A stretch of 64,000 bases of DNA from Cyclobacteriaceae bacterium (GCA_036397995.1 DASWHX010000046.1:14763-78762); one strand, 5' to 3'. Shown: positions 11,423-23,633, counted from the stretch's first letter. Translations and numbers: made by a program. Notes: generated by a model not told the origin, from the sequence alone.

Positions 11423-14400
11423 ATGTCTTTCAGGAAAAATAAAAAAATTAACACTGATTTCTCAACAGTTACTATAAGCCTTGCATCTCCAGAATCAATT
11501 TTGGAGACCTCACACGGGGAGGTAACTCAGCCAGAGACCATAAATTACCGGACCTACAAGCCTGAGATGGGAGGACTCTTCTGTGAGAGAATTTTCGGGC
11601 CTGTAAAAGATTGGGAATGCCATTGTGGCAAATACAAGAGAATCAGATACAAAGGAATCATTTGTGATCGTTGTGGAGTTGAAGTGACAGAGAAAAAAGT
11701 CCGCCGGGAGCGAATGGGTCATATTGAGTTGGTAGTCCCTGTTGCACATATCTGGTATTTTAGGTCCTTACCTAATAAAATAGGCTATCTGGTTGGACTC
11801 CCCACCAAGAAACTGGATCAAATAATTTATTACGAGAGATACGTTGTTATTCAGGCAGGAATAAAAGTTGAAGACGGCGTTTCATATCTGGACTACCTGA
11901 CCGAAGATGAATATCTGGACATACTGGATAAGCTGCCCAGGGAAAATCAGCTGCTTGAAGATTCTGATCCGAATAAGTTTATCGCAAAAATGGGAGCTGA
12001 AGCTCTCGAAATGCTCCTTAGCAGACTAAACCTGGATGTAATGTCTTACGATTTAAGACACCAGGCTGCTACCGACACAAGCCAGCAAAGAAAAGCTGAA
12101 GCTCTTAAGAGATTGCGCGTGGTTGAGGCATTTAGAGATGCAAATACAAGGATAGAAAACCGGCCGGAATGGATGGTCATAAAGATGGTACCGGTTATTC
12201 CTCCTGAGCTTCGCCCTCTTGTTCCTTTGGACGGAGGCAGATTTGCAACCTCTGATTTGAATGACTTATACAGAAGGGTAATCATTCGCAATAACAGGCT
12301 TAAGAGATTAATTGATATTAAAGCTCCCGAAGTAATTCTTCGAAACGAAAAAAGAATGCTACAGGAAGCAGTAGATAGTTTGTTTGATAACTCACGAAAG
12401 GTAAATGCGGTTAGATCTGATGGAAACAGAGCGCTGAAATCCTTGAGTGATATGCTGAAAGGGAAACAAGGCAGATTTAGGCAAAACCTCCTTGGTAAAA
12501 GAGTAGATTATTCTGGTCGTTCAGTAATAGTTGTCGGACCTGAATTGAAACTTCATGAATGCGGACTACCAAAAGATATGGCTGCGGAATTATTTAAGCC
12601 TTTCATTATCCGGAAACTTATTGAAAGAGGAATAGTTAAAACAGTAAAATCCGCTAAAAAAATCGTTGATCGTAAAGATCCGGTAGTTTGGGATATTTTA
12701 GAAAACGTTCTTAAAGGACATCCTGTATTGCTTAATCGTGCTCCAACATTGCACCGATTAGGTATTCAGGCATTTCAACCTAAACTAATCGAAGGCAAAG
12801 CTATCCAGATCCATCCTCTGGTGTGTACAGCATTTAACGCCGATTTTGATGGTGACCAAATGGCAGTTCATGTTCCCCTTGGCCATGAAGCAATCCTTGA
12901 AGCATCGTTATTGATGCTTTCATCTCACAATATTTTGAATCCAGCTAATGGTGCTCCTATTACAGTACCATCACAAGATATGGTACTTGGCCTTTATTAC
13001 ATTACAAAAGGTAGGAAAGGAACAAAGCAAAGTCCGGTTAAAGGAGAAGGATTATCTTTTTATGACCCAACGGAAGTGATAATCGCTCTTAATGAGGGAA
13101 GGCTCAACAAACACGCTAACATTAAAGTCCGAGTAAAAATAAGAAATGAAAAAGAGGAACTGGAGATCAAAGTGATTGAAACCGTCGCAGGGCGAGTAAT
13201 TTTTAATCAATTTATACCTGATGAAGTGGGATATGTAAATGAATTGCTTACCAAGAAAAAGCTTCAGAAAATTATCTCTGACGTACATAAAATTGCCGGA
13301 ACAGCCAAGGCCGCAAAATTTTTGGATGATATTAAAGATCTTGGATTCCAATCAGCATACAAAGGCGGATTATCAATGGGACTGAACGATGTAAAAATTC
13401 CGGAGTCCAAGACCAAACTAATCGAGCAAGCAAAGAAAGAAGTAGATGTTGTCTGGAATAATTATATGATGGGTTTAATTACTGATAATGAAAGATACAA
13501 TCAGGTAATTGACATTTGGACTCGAATTAATTCCCAAATTACCAACGCCCTAATGACTCAGTTGGAAGAGGATGATCAGGGATTCAACTCCATATACATG
13601 ATGATGCATTCCGGTGCCCGCGGTTCAAGAGAACAAATCAGGCAGCTGGGAGGCATGAGAGGTTTAATGGCAAAACCTCAGAAGAACCTTCAGGGATCAG
13701 TTGGTGAAATTATTGAAAACCCAATTCTATCAAACTTTAAGGAAGGATTGGATGTAATAGAATACTTCATTTCAACCCATGGGGCCAGAAAAGGTCTGGC
13801 AGACACGGCTCTGAAAACGGCAGATGCTGGTTACCTTACGCGACGATTGGTTGACGTAGCCCAGGATCTTGTAATTAATGAAGCAGATTGCGGAACTCTG
13901 AGAGGACTGGTGGTTACAGCACTTAAAGATAATGAAGACATCGTTGAACCGCTGTCAGAACGAATATTGGGTCGTGTTAGTGTGCATGATATATATGATC
14001 CATTAACAGAGGAATTGATTGTAAAATTTGGTGAAGAAATCACTGAAGAGATTGCAAAAAAAATTGATGAAACCAGCATAGAGGAGGTTGAAATCCGATC
14101 ACTTTTAACCTGCGAAACAAGGAAGGGCTCTTGCGCTAAATGCTACGGTAGAAATCTGGCTACAGGAAGAATGGTAGAAAGAGGCGAAGCTGTTGGAGTA
14201 ATTGCTGCTCAATCCATTGGAGAACCCGGCACTCAGCTGACACTCCGAACTTTCCACGTTGGTGGAACCGCATCAAACATTGCAGTGGAAGCCAGAATTC
14301 GCGCTAAATTTTCCGGCACCGTAGAATTCGAAGATATCAGGTCAGTTACAACCAAAAATTCTGAAGGAGAAAAGGTAGAAGTTGTGATGGGTCGATCTGG

Positions 14401-15736
14401 CGAAATAAGAATTGTCGATAAAAAGTCTAAAAGAGTTTTGATGACCAATCACGTTCCCTACGGAGCATTCCTTGTAGTTAAGAGCGGTGTAAAAGTTGAA
14501 AAAGGTGATGAACTGTGCTTCTGGGATCCATATAACGCCGTAATCCTGTCAGAAGTAGAAGGAACGATTGATTTTGACGCGATTGAAGAAGGTATAACCT
14601 TTCGTGAAGAAAGTGATGAGCAAACTGGTCACAGGGAAAAAGTTATTATTGATACAAAAGACAAAACGAAGAATCCCTCTATTGTCATCAAGAAAGGAAA
14701 AGAAGTGAAGTCTTACAATATTCCGGTAGGCGCTCACCTGGTAGTTGATATTAAGGATAAAGTAATCCCAGGACAGGTTTTGGCAAAAATTCCAAGAATA
14801 ATGGGCAAGTCAAGAGATATTACCGGAGGTTTGCCGCGGGTAACAGAATTATTCGAAGCACGAAATCCTTCAAACCCGGCGGTAGTAAGTGAGATTGACG
14901 GAGTTGTCACATATGGTGCTATAAAGAGAGGGAACAGGGAAATCTTCATAGAATCAAAAGATGGTGTTAAGAAGAGATATTTGGTTTCTCTTTCAAAGCA
15001 TATTCTTGTTCAGGATAACGACTATATCAGGGCAGGAGATCCTCTGTCTGACGGAGCCATTACTCCCGCCGACATTCTTGCTATCAAAGGTCCTACAGCC
15101 GTACAAGAGTATCTCGTAAATGAAATTCAGGAAGTTTACAGACTTCAAGGTGTTAAGATAAATGACAAACACATAGAGGCGATTGTGAGCCAAATGATGC
15201 AGAAAGTGGAAATTATTGAGGCTGGTGATACCAATTTCCTCCAGGGGCAAACGGTTGATAAATTTGCCTTCCAGGAAGAAAATGATTCTGTTCTTGATGT
15301 GAAAGTAGTAACTGACCCTGGTGATTCAGAATCATTAAAAGCGGGACAAATTGTTTCCTCACGAAAATTGCGTGACGAAAACTCCAGCTTAAGAAGAAGA
15401 GATCTAAAAATTGTTGCAGTTCGTGACGCAGAAGCAGCCGTAAGCCGTCCAACATTGCAGGGAATCACCCAGGCATCACTTGGAACGGAAAGCTTCATTT
15501 CGGCAGCTTCATTCCAGGAAACAACCAAAGTGCTGAGCGAAGCATCAATCCGTGGTAAAATAGATCTCCTCAATGGATTGAAGGAAAACGTAATTGTTGG
15601 TCATCTTATTCCGGCCGGAACTGGTCAGAAAAGATTCAAGAATCTTATCGTTGGTTCTCAGGAAGAGTATGACACATTAATAGCATCCAAGGAAGAATTC
15701 AATAGAGAAAAGGCTGAAGAAGTAACTCAGGATTAA
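11423..15736 (+). CDS. rpoC: DNA-directed RNA polymerase subunit beta'
   Basis: Zn-finger [23 protein letters not shown] and catalytic NADFDGD motif. 1437 aa. Confidence 0.97.
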   Translation: MSFRKNKKINTDFSTVTISLASPESILETSHGEVTQPETINYRTYKPEMGGLFCERIFGPVKDWECHCGKYKRIRYKGIICDRCGVEVTEKKVRRERMGHIELVVPVAHIWYFRSLPNKIGYLVGLPTKKLDQIIYYERYVVIQAGIKVEDGVSYLDYLTEDEYLDILDKLPRENQLLEDSDPNKFIAKMGAEALEMLLSRLNLDVMSYDLRHQAATDTSQQRKAEALKRLRVVEAFRDANTRIENRPEWMVIKMVPVIPPELRPLVPLDGGRFATSDLNDLYRRVIIRNNRLKRLIDIKAPEVILRNEKRMLQEAVDSLFDNSRKVNAVRSDGNRALKSLSDMLKGKQGRFRQNLLGKRVDYSGRSVIVVGPELKLHECGLPKDMAAELFKPFIIRKLIERGIVKTVKSAKKIVDRKDPVVWDILENVLKGHPVLLNRAPTLHRLGIQAFQPKLIEGKAIQIHPLVCTAFNADFDGDQMAVHVPLGHEAILEASLLMLSSHNILNPANGAPITVPSQDMVLGLYYITKGRKGTKQSPVKGEGLSFYDPTEVIIALNEGRLNKHANIKVRVKIRNEKEELEIKVIETVAGRVIFNQFIPDEVGYVNELLTKKKLQKIISDVHKIAGTAKAAKFLDDIKDLGFQSAYKGGLSMGLNDVKIPESKTKLIEQAKKEVDVVWNNYMMGLITDNERYNQVIDIWTRINSQITNALMTQLEEDDQGFNSIYMMMHSGARGSREQIRQLGGMRGLMAKPQKNLQGSVGEIIENPILSNFKEGLDVIEYFISTHGARKGLADTALKTADAGYLTRRLVDVAQDLVINEADCGTLRGLVVTALKDNEDIVEPLSERILGRVSVHDIYDPLTEELIVKFGEEITEEIAKKIDETSIEEVEIRSLLTCETRKGSCAKCYGRNLATGRMVERGEAVGVIAAQSIGEPGTQLTLRTFHVGGTASNIAVEARIRAKFSGTVEFEDIRSVTTKNSEGEKVEVVMGRSGEIRIVDKKSKRVLMTNHVPYGAFLVVKSGVKVEKGDELCFWDPYNAVILSEVEGTIDFDAIEEGITFREESDEQTGHREKVIIDTKDKTKNPSIVIKKGKEVKSYNIPVGAHLVVDIKDKVIPGQVLAKIPRIMGKSRDITGGLPRVTELFEARNPSNPAVVSEIDGVVTYGAIKRGNREIFIESKDGVKKRYLVSLSKHILVQDNDYIRAGDPLSDGAITPADILAIKGPTAVQEYLVNEIQEVYRLQGVKINDKHIEAIVSQMMQKVEIIEAGDTNFLQGQTVDKFAFQEENDSVLDVKVVTDPGDSESLKAGQIVSSRKLRDENSSLRRRDLKIVAVRDAEAAVSRPTLQGITQASLGTESFISAASFQETTKVLSEASIRGKIDLLNGLKENVIVGHLIPAGTGQKRFKNLIVGSQEEYDTLIASKEEFNREKAEEVTQD

Positions 15737-16062
15737 TGGCAGATTCAAAAGAAAATAAAGCAAAGCAAAACCAAATCAACATAGAGCTTTCAGAAGAAAT
15801 CGCTGAAGGGATATATGCGAATTTGGCCATGATTGCCCACTCAAATAGTGAGTTTGTGATAGATTTTATCCGCTTAATGCCAGGAGTACCCAAAGCAAAA
15901 GTGAAATCCAGAATTGTAATTACTCCGGAACATGCTAAGCGACTCCTTCATGCTCTTGGTGAGAACATTTCAAAATATGAAGACACCTTTGGCCCTATTA
16001 AGAAAACGGATGAAACCCCAAAATTTCCAATAAATTTTGGAGGCACTGTTGGAGAGGCTTGA
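15736..16062 (+). CDS. DUF3467-like small conserved protein of unknown function
   Basis: 108 aa. Its start overlaps the rpoC stop (TAATG). The sequence (...IYANLAMIAHSNSEFVIDFI...) resembles the DUF3467 family commonly found after rpoC in Bacteroidota. Confidence 0.75.
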   Translation: MADSKENKAKQNQINIELSEEIAEGIYANLAMIAHSNSEFVIDFIRLMPGVPKAKVKSRIVITPEHAKRLLHALGENISKYEDTFGPIKKTDETPKFPINFGGTVGEA

Positions 16063-16143
16063 GTAAAAATAATTCGGTCAGTCGGTGGTTGCATTTCGTG
16101 TTTACTGCAGCTCTGTTTTGTAAATAAATTTGAATTATGAGGC

Positions 16144-16174
16144 TTGTAAACTAGCATTTAAAGCTATACCTTTG
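16144..16174 (+). promoter_or_regulatory. Bacteroidota-type promoter for rpsL-rpsG-fusA-rpsJ
   Basis: TACCTTTG at 16167-16174, with only a partial -33 element (cTTG at 16143-16146) 20 nt upstream. Confidence 0.45.
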
Positions 16175-16187
16175 CAATCCGAAATTT

Positions 16188-16206
16188 GGGCATTTATGCC
16201 CGTTTT
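16188..16206 (+). promoter_or_regulatory. leader hairpin plus T-run upstream of rpsL
   Basis: GGGCA-TTTA-TGCCC followed by GTTTTT, between the promoter box and the rpsL ATG (16231). Confidence 0.3.
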
Positions 16207-16230
16207 TGATTATAAATAAAAGATTCTTTA

Positions 16231-16605
16231 ATGCCTACCATACAACAGTTAGTAAGAAAGGGAAGGAAAAAGCTGACCTCAAAATCGAAGTCACCTGCGC
16301 TTGATTCATGTCCACAAAAGAGAGGAGTGTGTACCCGCGTTTACACCACTACTCCCAAAAAGCCAAATTCCGCGATGAGAAAAGTGGCCAGGGTTAGATT
16401 GACAAATCAAAAAGAAGTCAATGCCTATATACCAGGTGAAGGACATAACTTGCAGGAACACTCCATCGTGTTGATCAGAGGCGGCAGAGTAAAAGATCTT
16501 CCCGGAGTAAGGTATCATATAATTCGGGGCGCTCTGGATACCGCCGGAGTAAGCGGCAGGTTGCAAAGAAGATCCAAGTACGGTGCCAAAAGACCCAAGA
16601 AGTAA
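16231..16605 (+). CDS. rpsL: 30S ribosomal protein S12
   Basis: [12 protein letters not shown]... and [17 protein letters not shown] motifs. Confidence 0.97.
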   Translation: MPTIQQLVRKGRKKLTSKSKSPALDSCPQKRGVCTRVYTTTPKKPNSAMRKVARVRLTNQKEVNAYIPGEGHNLQEHSIVLIRGGRVKDLPGVRYHIIRGALDTAGVSGRLQRRSKYGAKRPKK

Positions 16606-16616
16606 TTTATTGAGTA

Positions 16617-17084
16617 ATGAGAAAAGCAAAACCAAAGAAGAGATACATTCTGCCTGACCCAAAGTACCATGATACTTTGGTTTCTAAATTTGTGAACTGT
16701 TTAATGATTGAGGGCAAGAAAAATAAAGCGTACAATATTTTCTATGGAGCTATAGATCTGGTTGAAGATAAATTGAAAGAAAATGGTTTAGAGGCCTGGA
16801 AAAAAGCATTGAATAATATAACGCCCTCAGTTGAGGTTAAAAGCAGGAGAGTTGGAGGTGCAACTTTTCAGGTTCCACTTGAAGTTAGACCGGAAAGAAA
16901 GATATCATTGGGCATCAAATGGCTAATTAAATACTCAGAGGCTCGCGGAGAAAAAACAATGACCGAAAAGTTAGCCGCAGAAATAATAGCGGCAACCAAA
17001 GGTGAAGGTGGAGCGGTAAAGAAGAAAGACGATACTCATAGAATGGCTGAAGCCAATAAGGCATTTTCACACTTCAGATTATAA
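16617..17084 (+). CDS. rpsG: 30S ribosomal protein S7
   Basis: Characteristic S7 sequence, in the position after rpsL. Confidence 0.96.
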   Translation: MRKAKPKKRYILPDPKYHDTLVSKFVNCLMIEGKKNKAYNIFYGAIDLVEDKLKENGLEAWKKALNNITPSVEVKSRRVGGATFQVPLEVRPERKISLGIKWLIKYSEARGEKTMTEKLAAEIIAATKGEGGAVKKKDDTHRMAEANKAFSHFRL

Positions 17085-17087
17085 TCA

Positions 17088-19220
17088 ATGGCCAAGAAAG
17101 AACTCAGAAGATTAAGGAACATTGGGATTATGGCCCATATTGATGCAGGTAAAACAACCACTACCGAAAGAATTCTATATTATACCGGATTAAGTCACAA
17201 AATTGGTGAAGTACATGATGGCGCTGCAATAATGGACTGGATGGAGCAGGAACAGGAGCGTGGAATTACTATCACATCAGCAGCAACTACTACCTCCTGG
17301 AAGTATCCAACTGATCAAGGTCATACAGTAGATAAGACCGAGGAGTATATGATTAATATAATAGATACTCCAGGTCACGTAGACTTCACTGTTGAGGTTG
17401 AACGATCCCTAAGAGTATTGGATGGCGCTGTGGCATTATTTTGTGCTGTCTCAGGTGTGGAACCTCAATCTGAAACAGTATGGAGACAAGCGGATAAATA
17501 TAAAGTACCCAGGATTTGTTTTGTAAATAAAATGGACAGATCTGGTGCTGATTTCTTCAACGTTGTTTCTGAAATCAAATCCAAACTGGGAGCAAATCCC
17601 ATCCCTTTACAAGTTCCTATTGGAGCAGAAGAAACTTTCAAAGGAGTGGTAGACCTCATTACCGATAAGGCAATTGTGTGGAACGATGACGATTTGGGAA
17701 TGACATATAAAGTGATTGATCTTCCCGAAGATCTTAAAGAAACCGTTTTTGAATGGAAGCAAAAACTTGTTGAAAATGTAGCGGAATACGACGATGTGAT
17801 TCTGGAGAAGTTCTTCGATAACCCAAGATCAATAACTGAAAAAGAATTAAGAGCAGCTATCCGCAAAGCGGTGATAGATATGAAAATCTATCCTGTCTTC
17901 TGTGGGTCAGCTTTCAAAAATAAAGGTGTTCAGGCTGTGCTCGATGCTGTTTGTTCTTACTTACCATCACCCATTGATTTGCCCCCTGTAATAGGGGCTA
18001 ATCCATATTCCGGTAAGGAAGAAGAAAGAAAGCCGGATGCCAATGGTCCTTTCGCCGCTTTAGCATTCAAGATTGCAACGGATCCATTCGTGGGCAGGCT
18101 TTGCTTTTTCCGTGTTTACTCAGGTACACTTAATGCGGGTTCTTATGTTTTGAACATGCGAACAGAAAAAAAGGAAAGAATTTCGCGTTTAATGCAAATG
18201 CATTCAAACAAACAAAACCCGATAGATGTTGTTGAAGCTGGGGATATTTGTGCGGGTGTTGGATTTAAAGATATTAAAACCGGAGATACTTTGGTTGATG
18301 AGAAACATCCAGTTGTTCTTGAATCAATGAGTTTCCCGGAACCTGTTATCGGTTACGCAATTGAAGCCAGGAAGCAAGCAGATGTAGATAAACTTAGTAT
18401 TGCAATTTCAAAATTAGTGGAAGAAGACCCAACTTTAACCGTTATGACTGACCATGAAACAGGTCAAACGGTTTTAAAAGGTATGGGCGAGCTTCACCTT
18501 GAAATTATTCTTGACAGACTTAAAAGAGAATTTAAAGTTGAGGTTAACCAGGGGGCTCCACAAGTTGCCTACAAAGAAGCTTTAACGAAAAGAATAGAAC
18601 ATAAAGAAGTTTATAAGAAGCAAACCGGAGGTAGAGGAAAGTTTGCTGATATCTCATTCGAGATTGGACCCAGGGAAGATAACATTCCGGGATTAAAATT
18701 TGAAAATGCAATAGTAGGTGGCGCAATACCCAAAGAATTTATCCCTGCTGTCCAAAAAGGATTTGAACAGGCGATGGTTAATGGTCCATTGGCAGGCTAT
18801 CCTATAGATTCCATGCATGTAAGATTATTTCATGGTTCCTACCATGACGTGGATTCTGACTCCTTATCTTTTGAAATGGCTGCCCGGATTGGCTTTAAGG
18901 ATTCGTCGAAAAAAGCATCTCCAATCATACTCGAGCCCATTATGGCTGTCGAAGTAGTTACACCTGATGAATATACAGGACCCGTTACCGGTGACCTCAA
19001 TAAAAGGAGAGGAATAATGAAAGGAATGGATTCCAAGGGTGGAGCTAAAGTTATTAAAGCGGATGTTCCATTATCAGAACTTTTCGGCTACGTTACCGAT
19101 TTGAGAACCATCTCATCGGGCAGAGCATCGGCTTCATTGACATTCTCACATTACAATCCGGTTCCAAAGAACCTGTCGGAATCTATAATAGAAAAGGTAA
19201 AAGGTGCACCAGTTAATTAG
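17088..19220 (+). CDS. fusA: elongation factor G
   Basis: [23 protein letters not shown] and NKMD motifs. 710 aa. Confidence 0.97.
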   Translation: MAKKELRRLRNIGIMAHIDAGKTTTTERILYYTGLSHKIGEVHDGAAIMDWMEQEQERGITITSAATTTSWKYPTDQGHTVDKTEEYMINIIDTPGHVDFTVEVERSLRVLDGAVALFCAVSGVEPQSETVWRQADKYKVPRICFVNKMDRSGADFFNVVSEIKSKLGANPIPLQVPIGAEETFKGVVDLITDKAIVWNDDDLGMTYKVIDLPEDLKETVFEWKQKLVENVAEYDDVILEKFFDNPRSITEKELRAAIRKAVIDMKIYPVFCGSAFKNKGVQAVLDAVCSYLPSPIDLPPVIGANPYSGKEEERKPDANGPFAALAFKIATDPFVGRLCFFRVYSGTLNAGSYVLNMRTEKKERISRLMQMHSNKQNPIDVVEAGDICAGVGFKDIKTGDTLVDEKHPVVLESMSFPEPVIGYAIEARKQADVDKLSIAISKLVEEDPTLTVMTDHETGQTVLKGMGELHLEIILDRLKREFKVEVNQGAPQVAYKEALTKRIEHKEVYKKQTGGRGKFADISFEIGPREDNIPGLKFENAIVGGAIPKEFIPAVQKGFEQAMVNGPLAGYPIDSMHVRLFHGSYHDVDSDSLSFEMAARIGFKDSSKKASPIILEPIMAVEVVTPDEYTGPVTGDLNKRRGIMKGMDSKGGAKVIKADVPLSELFGYVTDLRTISSGRASASLTFSHYNPVPKNLSESIIEKVKGAPVN

Positions 19221-19228
19221 CAATCAAA

Positions 19229-19534
19229 ATGAACCAGAAAATTCGAATTAAATTAAAGTCTTACGACCACAACCTTGTGGATAAATCCTCTGAAAAAATC
19301 GTAAGAGCAGTTAAAACAACCGGTGCAATCGTAAGTGGACCCATTCCTCTTCCAACCGAAAAGGAAAAGTTTACAGTACTGCGTTCTCCACACGTAAATA
19401 AAAAATCGAGGGAACAGTTTCAACTTTGTACATATAAGCGTTTGGTTGACATATATTCAAACAGTGCAAAGACCGTTGATGCGTTGATGAAACTTGAACT
19501 TCCCAGCGGGGTTGATGTAGAAATAAAGGTCTGA
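19229..19534 (+). CDS. rpsJ: 30S ribosomal protein S10
   Basis: [16 protein letters not shown]... and [12 protein letters not shown] motifs. Confidence 0.96.
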   Translation: MNQKIRIKLKSYDHNLVDKSSEKIVRAVKTTGAIVSGPIPLPTEKEKFTVLRSPHVNKKSREQFQLCTYKRLVDIYSNSAKTVDALMKLELPSGVDVEIKV

Positions 19535-19553
19535 TAAAAACAATATTGTAAAT

Positions 19554-19592
19554 CAAAGAGAACCAATCAGTTAAGCTTGGTTCTCTTTTTTA
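19554..19592 (+). terminator. intrinsic terminator after rpsJ
   Basis: 10-bp stem AGAGAACCAA / TTGGTTCTCT (19557-19566 and 19577-19586), a 10-nt loop, then TTTTT. Confidence 0.75.
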
Positions 19593-19620
19593 TGGGCTAA
19601 AACAAATTTAAAAGGTTCGC

Positions 19621-19651
19621 TTTGGCCTAAATCTATTAATTGCTATCTTTG
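19621..19651 (+). promoter_or_regulatory. Bacteroidota-type promoter for rplC and the downstream r-protein genes
   Basis: TTTG at 19621-19624 and TATCTTTG at 19644-19651 with 19-nt spacing. Confidence 0.5.
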
Positions 19652-19711
19652 CAGTCCATTTTTGAGGTATTTCTCATTTTGTGACAAAAACAATTAAAAG
19701 TCTGAAGTAAG

Positions 19712-20344
19712 ATGTCAGGAATTATTGGAAAAAAAATCGGAATGACTAGCATTTTTGACGCTGAAGGAAGGAATGTGCCCTGCACTCTCATTCAGGCTGG
19801 ACCTTGTATTGTTACACAAATTAGAAACAAAGAAACTGACGGATACAATGCAGTTCAACTGGCCTATCAAGATGTTAAAGATAAGCATACAACAAAGGCT
19901 TTAAAGGGACATTTTGCTAAAGCAAATACAACGCCCAAAAGAAAAGTAGTGGAGTTTAGAGACTTCCGAATAGAATTTGAAACCGAAGTCAAGGTTGGGC
20001 TTGAAGTTAAAGTTGGTGAAGTTTTTAAAGAAGGTGAATTCCTGGATGCCATCGGAACCTCCAAAGGGAAAGGATTTCAAGGCGTTGTAAAGAGATATAA
20101 TTTCGGAGGTGTTGGCGAAGCTACACACGGTCAGCACAATAGACTCAGGGCACCGGGTTCAATTGGTGGCTCCTCCTTCCCATCAAGAGTATTTAAAGGA
20201 ATGAGAATGGCGGGAAGAATGGGAGGAAATCGTGTGAAGGCGATAAACTTGAAAGTAATGAAAATTATTCCTGAGCAAAATTTAATTCTCATTAGTGGTT
20301 CGGTTCCGGGTGCAATTAATTCAACTATAATTTTAGAAAAATAA
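19712..20344 (+). CDS. rplC: 50S ribosomal protein L3
   Basis: L3 sequence (...[15 protein letters not shown]...). Confidence 0.96.
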   Translation: MSGIIGKKIGMTSIFDAEGRNVPCTLIQAGPCIVTQIRNKETDGYNAVQLAYQDVKDKHTTKALKGHFAKANTTPKRKVVEFRDFRIEFETEVKVGLEVKVGEVFKEGEFLDAIGTSKGKGFQGVVKRYNFGGVGEATHGQHNRLRAPGSIGGSSFPSRVFKGMRMAGRMGGNRVKAINLKVMKIIPEQNLILISGSVPGAINSTIILEK

Positions 20345-20348
20345 AAAA

Positions 20349-20975
20349 ATGAATCTTTCGGTATATACTCATAGCGGAAGCGATACGGGCAGAAAGATTA
20401 GCCTGGTTAAAGAGATTTTTGGTGCCGAGCCAAATGACCACGCTATCTATCTGGATGTGAAGCAGTTTCTTGCCAATCAAAGGCAGGGCACCCACAAATC
20501 CAAACAGCGAAACGAAGTGAGCGGGTCAACGCGGAAGTTAAGAAAACAGAAGGGAAGCGGTGCGGCAAGGGTTGGCAGTATTAAATCTCCGTTGTTCAGA
20601 GGAGGGGGAAGAGTTTTCGGACCACAACCGCGAGACTATAGCTTTAAGCTTAATAAGAAGCTAAAAAAATTAGCCAGGATTTCAGCGCTTTCATATAAAG
20701 CAAAAGATAAAGCAATTACCGTTGTTGAGGATTTTACCTTTGATGAAGTTAAAACCCGGAATTATGTCAACATGTTGAATTCGCTTTCCCTTGGAGATAA
20801 GAAAACTCTTCTTGTCATGCCCAAATCAGACAAGAATGTAATTCTGGCCGGTAGAAATATTAAAAAGGCCGCAATAACAACAGCTGATAACCTGAATACT
20901 TACGATGTTCTCAACGCGGATAACCTATTGGTGATCGAAAGTTCATTGGACCGGATAAAAGAATTATTAAAATAA
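20349..20975 (+). CDS. rplD: 50S ribosomal protein L4
   Basis: L4 sequence (...[26 protein letters not shown]...). Confidence 0.95.
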   Translation: MNLSVYTHSGSDTGRKISLVKEIFGAEPNDHAIYLDVKQFLANQRQGTHKSKQRNEVSGSTRKLRKQKGSGAARVGSIKSPLFRGGGRVFGPQPRDYSFKLNKKLKKLARISALSYKAKDKAITVVEDFTFDEVKTRNYVNMLNSLSLGDKKTLLVMPKSDKNVILAGRNIKKAAITTADNLNTYDVLNADNLLVIESSLDRIKELLK

Positions 20976-21262
20976 TGAGTGTATTAATTAAACCATTGGT
21001 CACCGAGAAAATGTCAGCTCTTAATGAGAAAGGACAATATGGATTTGTTGTAAACAAAAAAGCAAATAAGATCCAAATAAGGCAGGAAATTGAAAAGACC
21101 TATGGTGTGAAAGTGCAGAGTGTACGAACTATGAGATATGGTGGAAAAGAAAAGTCACGCTATACAAAGGCAACTGTAATCGTTGGAAAAACTCCATCAA
21201 TAAAAAAAGCTATCGTCCAGGTAGCAGATGGGGAGGTAATAGATTTTTATGGAGGTATTTAA
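20975..21262 (+). CDS. rplW: 50S ribosomal protein L23
   Basis: L23-like sequence and operon position. Its start overlaps the rplD stop. Confidence 0.94.
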   Translation: MSVLIKPLVTEKMSALNEKGQYGFVVNKKANKIQIRQEIEKTYGVKVQSVRTMRYGGKEKSRYTKATVIVGKTPSIKKAIVQVADGEVIDFYGGI

Positions 21263-21274
21263 AAGAATCAGAGA

Positions 21275-22096
21275 ATGGCTGTTAAGAAATTGAAACCAAC
21301 AACTCCCGGACAAAGATTTCGAGTTGCTTCTACAAGCAAGGAACTCACAAATAATAATCCGGAAAAATCTCTGACCAGATCTTCCAGGAAGACAGGAGGA
21401 AGAAACAACCAGGGACGGATGACAATGCGATATATAGGTGGAGGACACAAGAAGAGATTCCGTGAAATCGATTTTAAGAGAAACAAGGTTGGAATTCCGG
21501 GTATGGTTAAAACAATTGAATACGATCCAAATCGTTCTGCTCGAATCGCTTTAATATTTTATCCGGATGGAGAGAAAAGATATATCCTTGCCCCTGCAGG
21601 GTTAAAAATTGGTCAACAAATTATTTCCGGACCAGAGGTCGCTCCCGAATTAGGCAATGCACTTCCGCTGTTAAAAATTCCTCTTGGTACCATTGTTCAC
21701 AATGTAGAACTTAAGCCGGGTAAAGGTGGGTCGATGGCAAGGTCAGCAGGAAGTTATGCCCAACTTCTTGCAAGGGAAGATAAATATGCAACGCTGAAAT
21801 TACCTTCCGGTGAAATGAGAATGGCTCTTGTTAATTGTTATGCTACAGTCGGTTCAGTGTCGAATTCGGATCATATGAATGAATCGCTGGGAAAGGCGGG
21901 CAGAAATAGGTGGCTGGGCAGAAGACCAAGAGTGCGGGGCGTTGCAATGAACCCCGTCGATCATCCAATGGGTGGCGGAGAAGGAAAAGCATCAGGTGGG
22001 CATCCCCGGTCGAGAAATGGAAAATATGCGAAAGGTCTTAAAACCAGAAATAGAAATAAATATTCTAATAAACTAATAATAGGGAAGAAGAAATAA
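21275..22096 (+). CDS. rplB: 50S ribosomal protein L2
   Basis: The ...[17 protein letters not shown]... motif. Confidence 0.97.
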   Translation: MAVKKLKPTTPGQRFRVASTSKELTNNNPEKSLTRSSRKTGGRNNQGRMTMRYIGGGHKKRFREIDFKRNKVGIPGMVKTIEYDPNRSARIALIFYPDGEKRYILAPAGLKIGQQIISGPEVAPELGNALPLLKIPLGTIVHNVELKPGKGGSMARSAGSYAQLLAREDKYATLKLPSGEMRMALVNCYATVGSVSNSDHMNESLGKAGRNRWLGRRPRVRGVAMNPVDHPMGGGEGKASGGHPRSRNGKYAKGLKTRNRNKYSNKLIIGKKK

Positions 22097-22362
22097 TGTC
22101 AAGATCGCTTAAGAAAGGTCCTTATATAGACTTCAGACTCCAAAAGAAGGTGGATTCAATGAATGAATCTGGAAAGAAATCTGTCATCAAAACCTGGTCA
22201 AGAAGATCCATGATTTCACCGGACTTTGTAGGCCATACTTTCGCGGTGCACAATGGCAATAAATTCATACCGGTGTATATCACCGAAAATATGGTAGGAC
22301 ATAAGTTGGGCGAATTTGCCCCAACCAGAACCTACCGGGGTCATGCCAAAAAAACAGCGTAA
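22096..22362 (+). CDS. rpsS: 30S ribosomal protein S19
   Basis: [12 protein letters not shown]... and ...[12 protein letters not shown]... motifs. Confidence 0.96.
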   Translation: MSRSLKKGPYIDFRLQKKVDSMNESGKKSVIKTWSRRSMISPDFVGHTFAVHNGNKFIPVYITENMVGHKLGEFAPTRTYRGHAKKTA

Positions 22363-22886
22363 TGGAGGCAGTAGCAAAATTAAATAACGTACCCACCTCA
22401 CCTCGTAAGATGAGGCTTGTAGCAGACCTTATTCGAGGTCAGAAGGTAAGCAATGCCTTGAATATTCTGAAGTTTGAAAGAAAGAATGGAGCGCCCAGGC
22501 TGGAGAAATTGCTCTTATCTGCAATCTCGAACTGGCAAAATAAATTTGAAGATGTTAAACTGGAGGAGGCGGAACTTTTTGTTAAGGAAATCAGGGTCGA
22601 TGGCGGAAGGATGCTCAAGAGATTAAGACCAGCACCCCAGGGAAGGGCCCACAGAATCAGGAAAAGATCTAACCATGTCACGCTTGTGATCGATAGCTTA
22701 AACAAGCTTGAAGTGAAAGAGAAAGTGGAAAAGACACAGACTGAGGAGAAGCAAAAACCGGTAAAAAAGGAAAAGAAGAAAGCCAAGACTGTGAAAGCAA
22801 AAACAGGGAAAGCAACAACGAAGACAAAAAAGATTGTTAAGAAATCAACTAAGAAAACAGAGAAGAAAACCAAAGGCAAGAAATAA
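22362..22886 (+). CDS. rplV: 50S ribosomal protein L22 with Lys-rich C-terminal extension
   Basis: The L22 core occupies residues 1 to approx 110 (...[23 protein letters not shown]). It is followed by about 64 aa of K/T/E-rich tail. Confidence 0.94.
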   Translation: MEAVAKLNNVPTSPRKMRLVADLIRGQKVSNALNILKFERKNGAPRLEKLLLSAISNWQNKFEDVKLEEAELFVKEIRVDGGRMLKRLRPAPQGRAHRIRKRSNHVTLVIDSLNKLEVKEKVEKTQTEEKQKPVKKEKKKAKTVKAKTGKATTKTKKIVKKSTKKTEKKTKGKK

Positions 22887-23617
22887 TGGGACAAAAAGTT
22901 AATCCGGTAGGCTTAAGATTAGGAATTATTAAAGGTTGGGATTCCAATTGGTACGGGGGAGGTACATTCTCTGATAAGCTGGTTGAAGATCAGAAAATAA
23001 GAAAGTATGTAAATGCAAGGATACCTAAAGGAGGTATTGCCAAAATTGTTATAGAAAGAACCCTGAAGAGAATAACTCTTACAATTCACACCGCCAGACC
23101 AGGTGTAGTCATTGGAAAAGGAGGAAGCGAAGTTGATAAGATTAAGGAAGAGTTAAAGAAAATAACCAGGAAAGATGTTCAGATAAATATTTTTGAAATA
23201 AAAAGACCAGAACTTGATGCAAAGTTGGTTGGGGAATCAATCGCCCAGCAATTGGAAGCAAGGATTTCATATCGAAGAGCGATGAAACAAGCAATTGCTT
23301 CATCAATGCGAGTGGGAGCTCAGGGTATCAAAATAAAAGTATCCGGAAGATTGGGTGGAGCTGAAATGGCCCGAACTGAACAGTATAAGGAAGGTAGAAT
23401 TCCGCTTCATACATTACGTGCAGATATCGACTATGCAATTTCTGAGGCACAAACAGTGTACGGGAAAATTGGCATTAAAGTTTGGGTATTTAAAGGTGAA
23501 GTATACGGTAAGAGAGATTTATCTCCCAACGTGGGCGTATCCAGTTCAACCTCAGGCGGCGCGCAATCAGCAGGTTCACGAAGAAAAGAATCCGGTGGAA
23601 GAAGAAAAAGACGATAA
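22886..23617 (+). CDS. rpsC: 30S ribosomal protein S3
   Basis: [14 protein letters not shown]... and a KH domain, with a basic Gly/Ser/Arg tail. Confidence 0.96.
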   Translation: MGQKVNPVGLRLGIIKGWDSNWYGGGTFSDKLVEDQKIRKYVNARIPKGGIAKIVIERTLKRITLTIHTARPGVVIGKGGSEVDKIKEELKKITRKDVQINIFEIKRPELDAKLVGESIAQQLEARISYRRAMKQAIASSMRVGAQGIKIKVSGRLGGAEMARTEQYKEGRIPLHTLRADIDYAISEAQTVYGKIGIKVWVFKGEVYGKRDLSPNVGVSSSTSGGAQSAGSRRKESGGRRKRR

Positions 23618-23633
23618 TTAGAAAAGAGAAATC

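Noticed and set aside
8095-15573. Numerous 60-142-aa ORFs on the minus strand or in alternative frames within rpoB and rpoC (for example 8095-8430, 9548-9910, 9907-10251, 13052-13351 and 15145-15573).
   Set aside because: All are nested inside the long, unambiguous RNAP subunit genes, and their translations are low-complexity or Ser/Ile-rich without motifs.
22439-22894. 151-aa minus-strand ORF, Phe-rich and apparently membrane-like.
   Set aside because: It is the reverse complement of the AAG/AAA-rich lysine tail of rplV, and the poly-Phe/Leu hydrophobicity is an artefact of TTT/CTT codons. No independent support exists.
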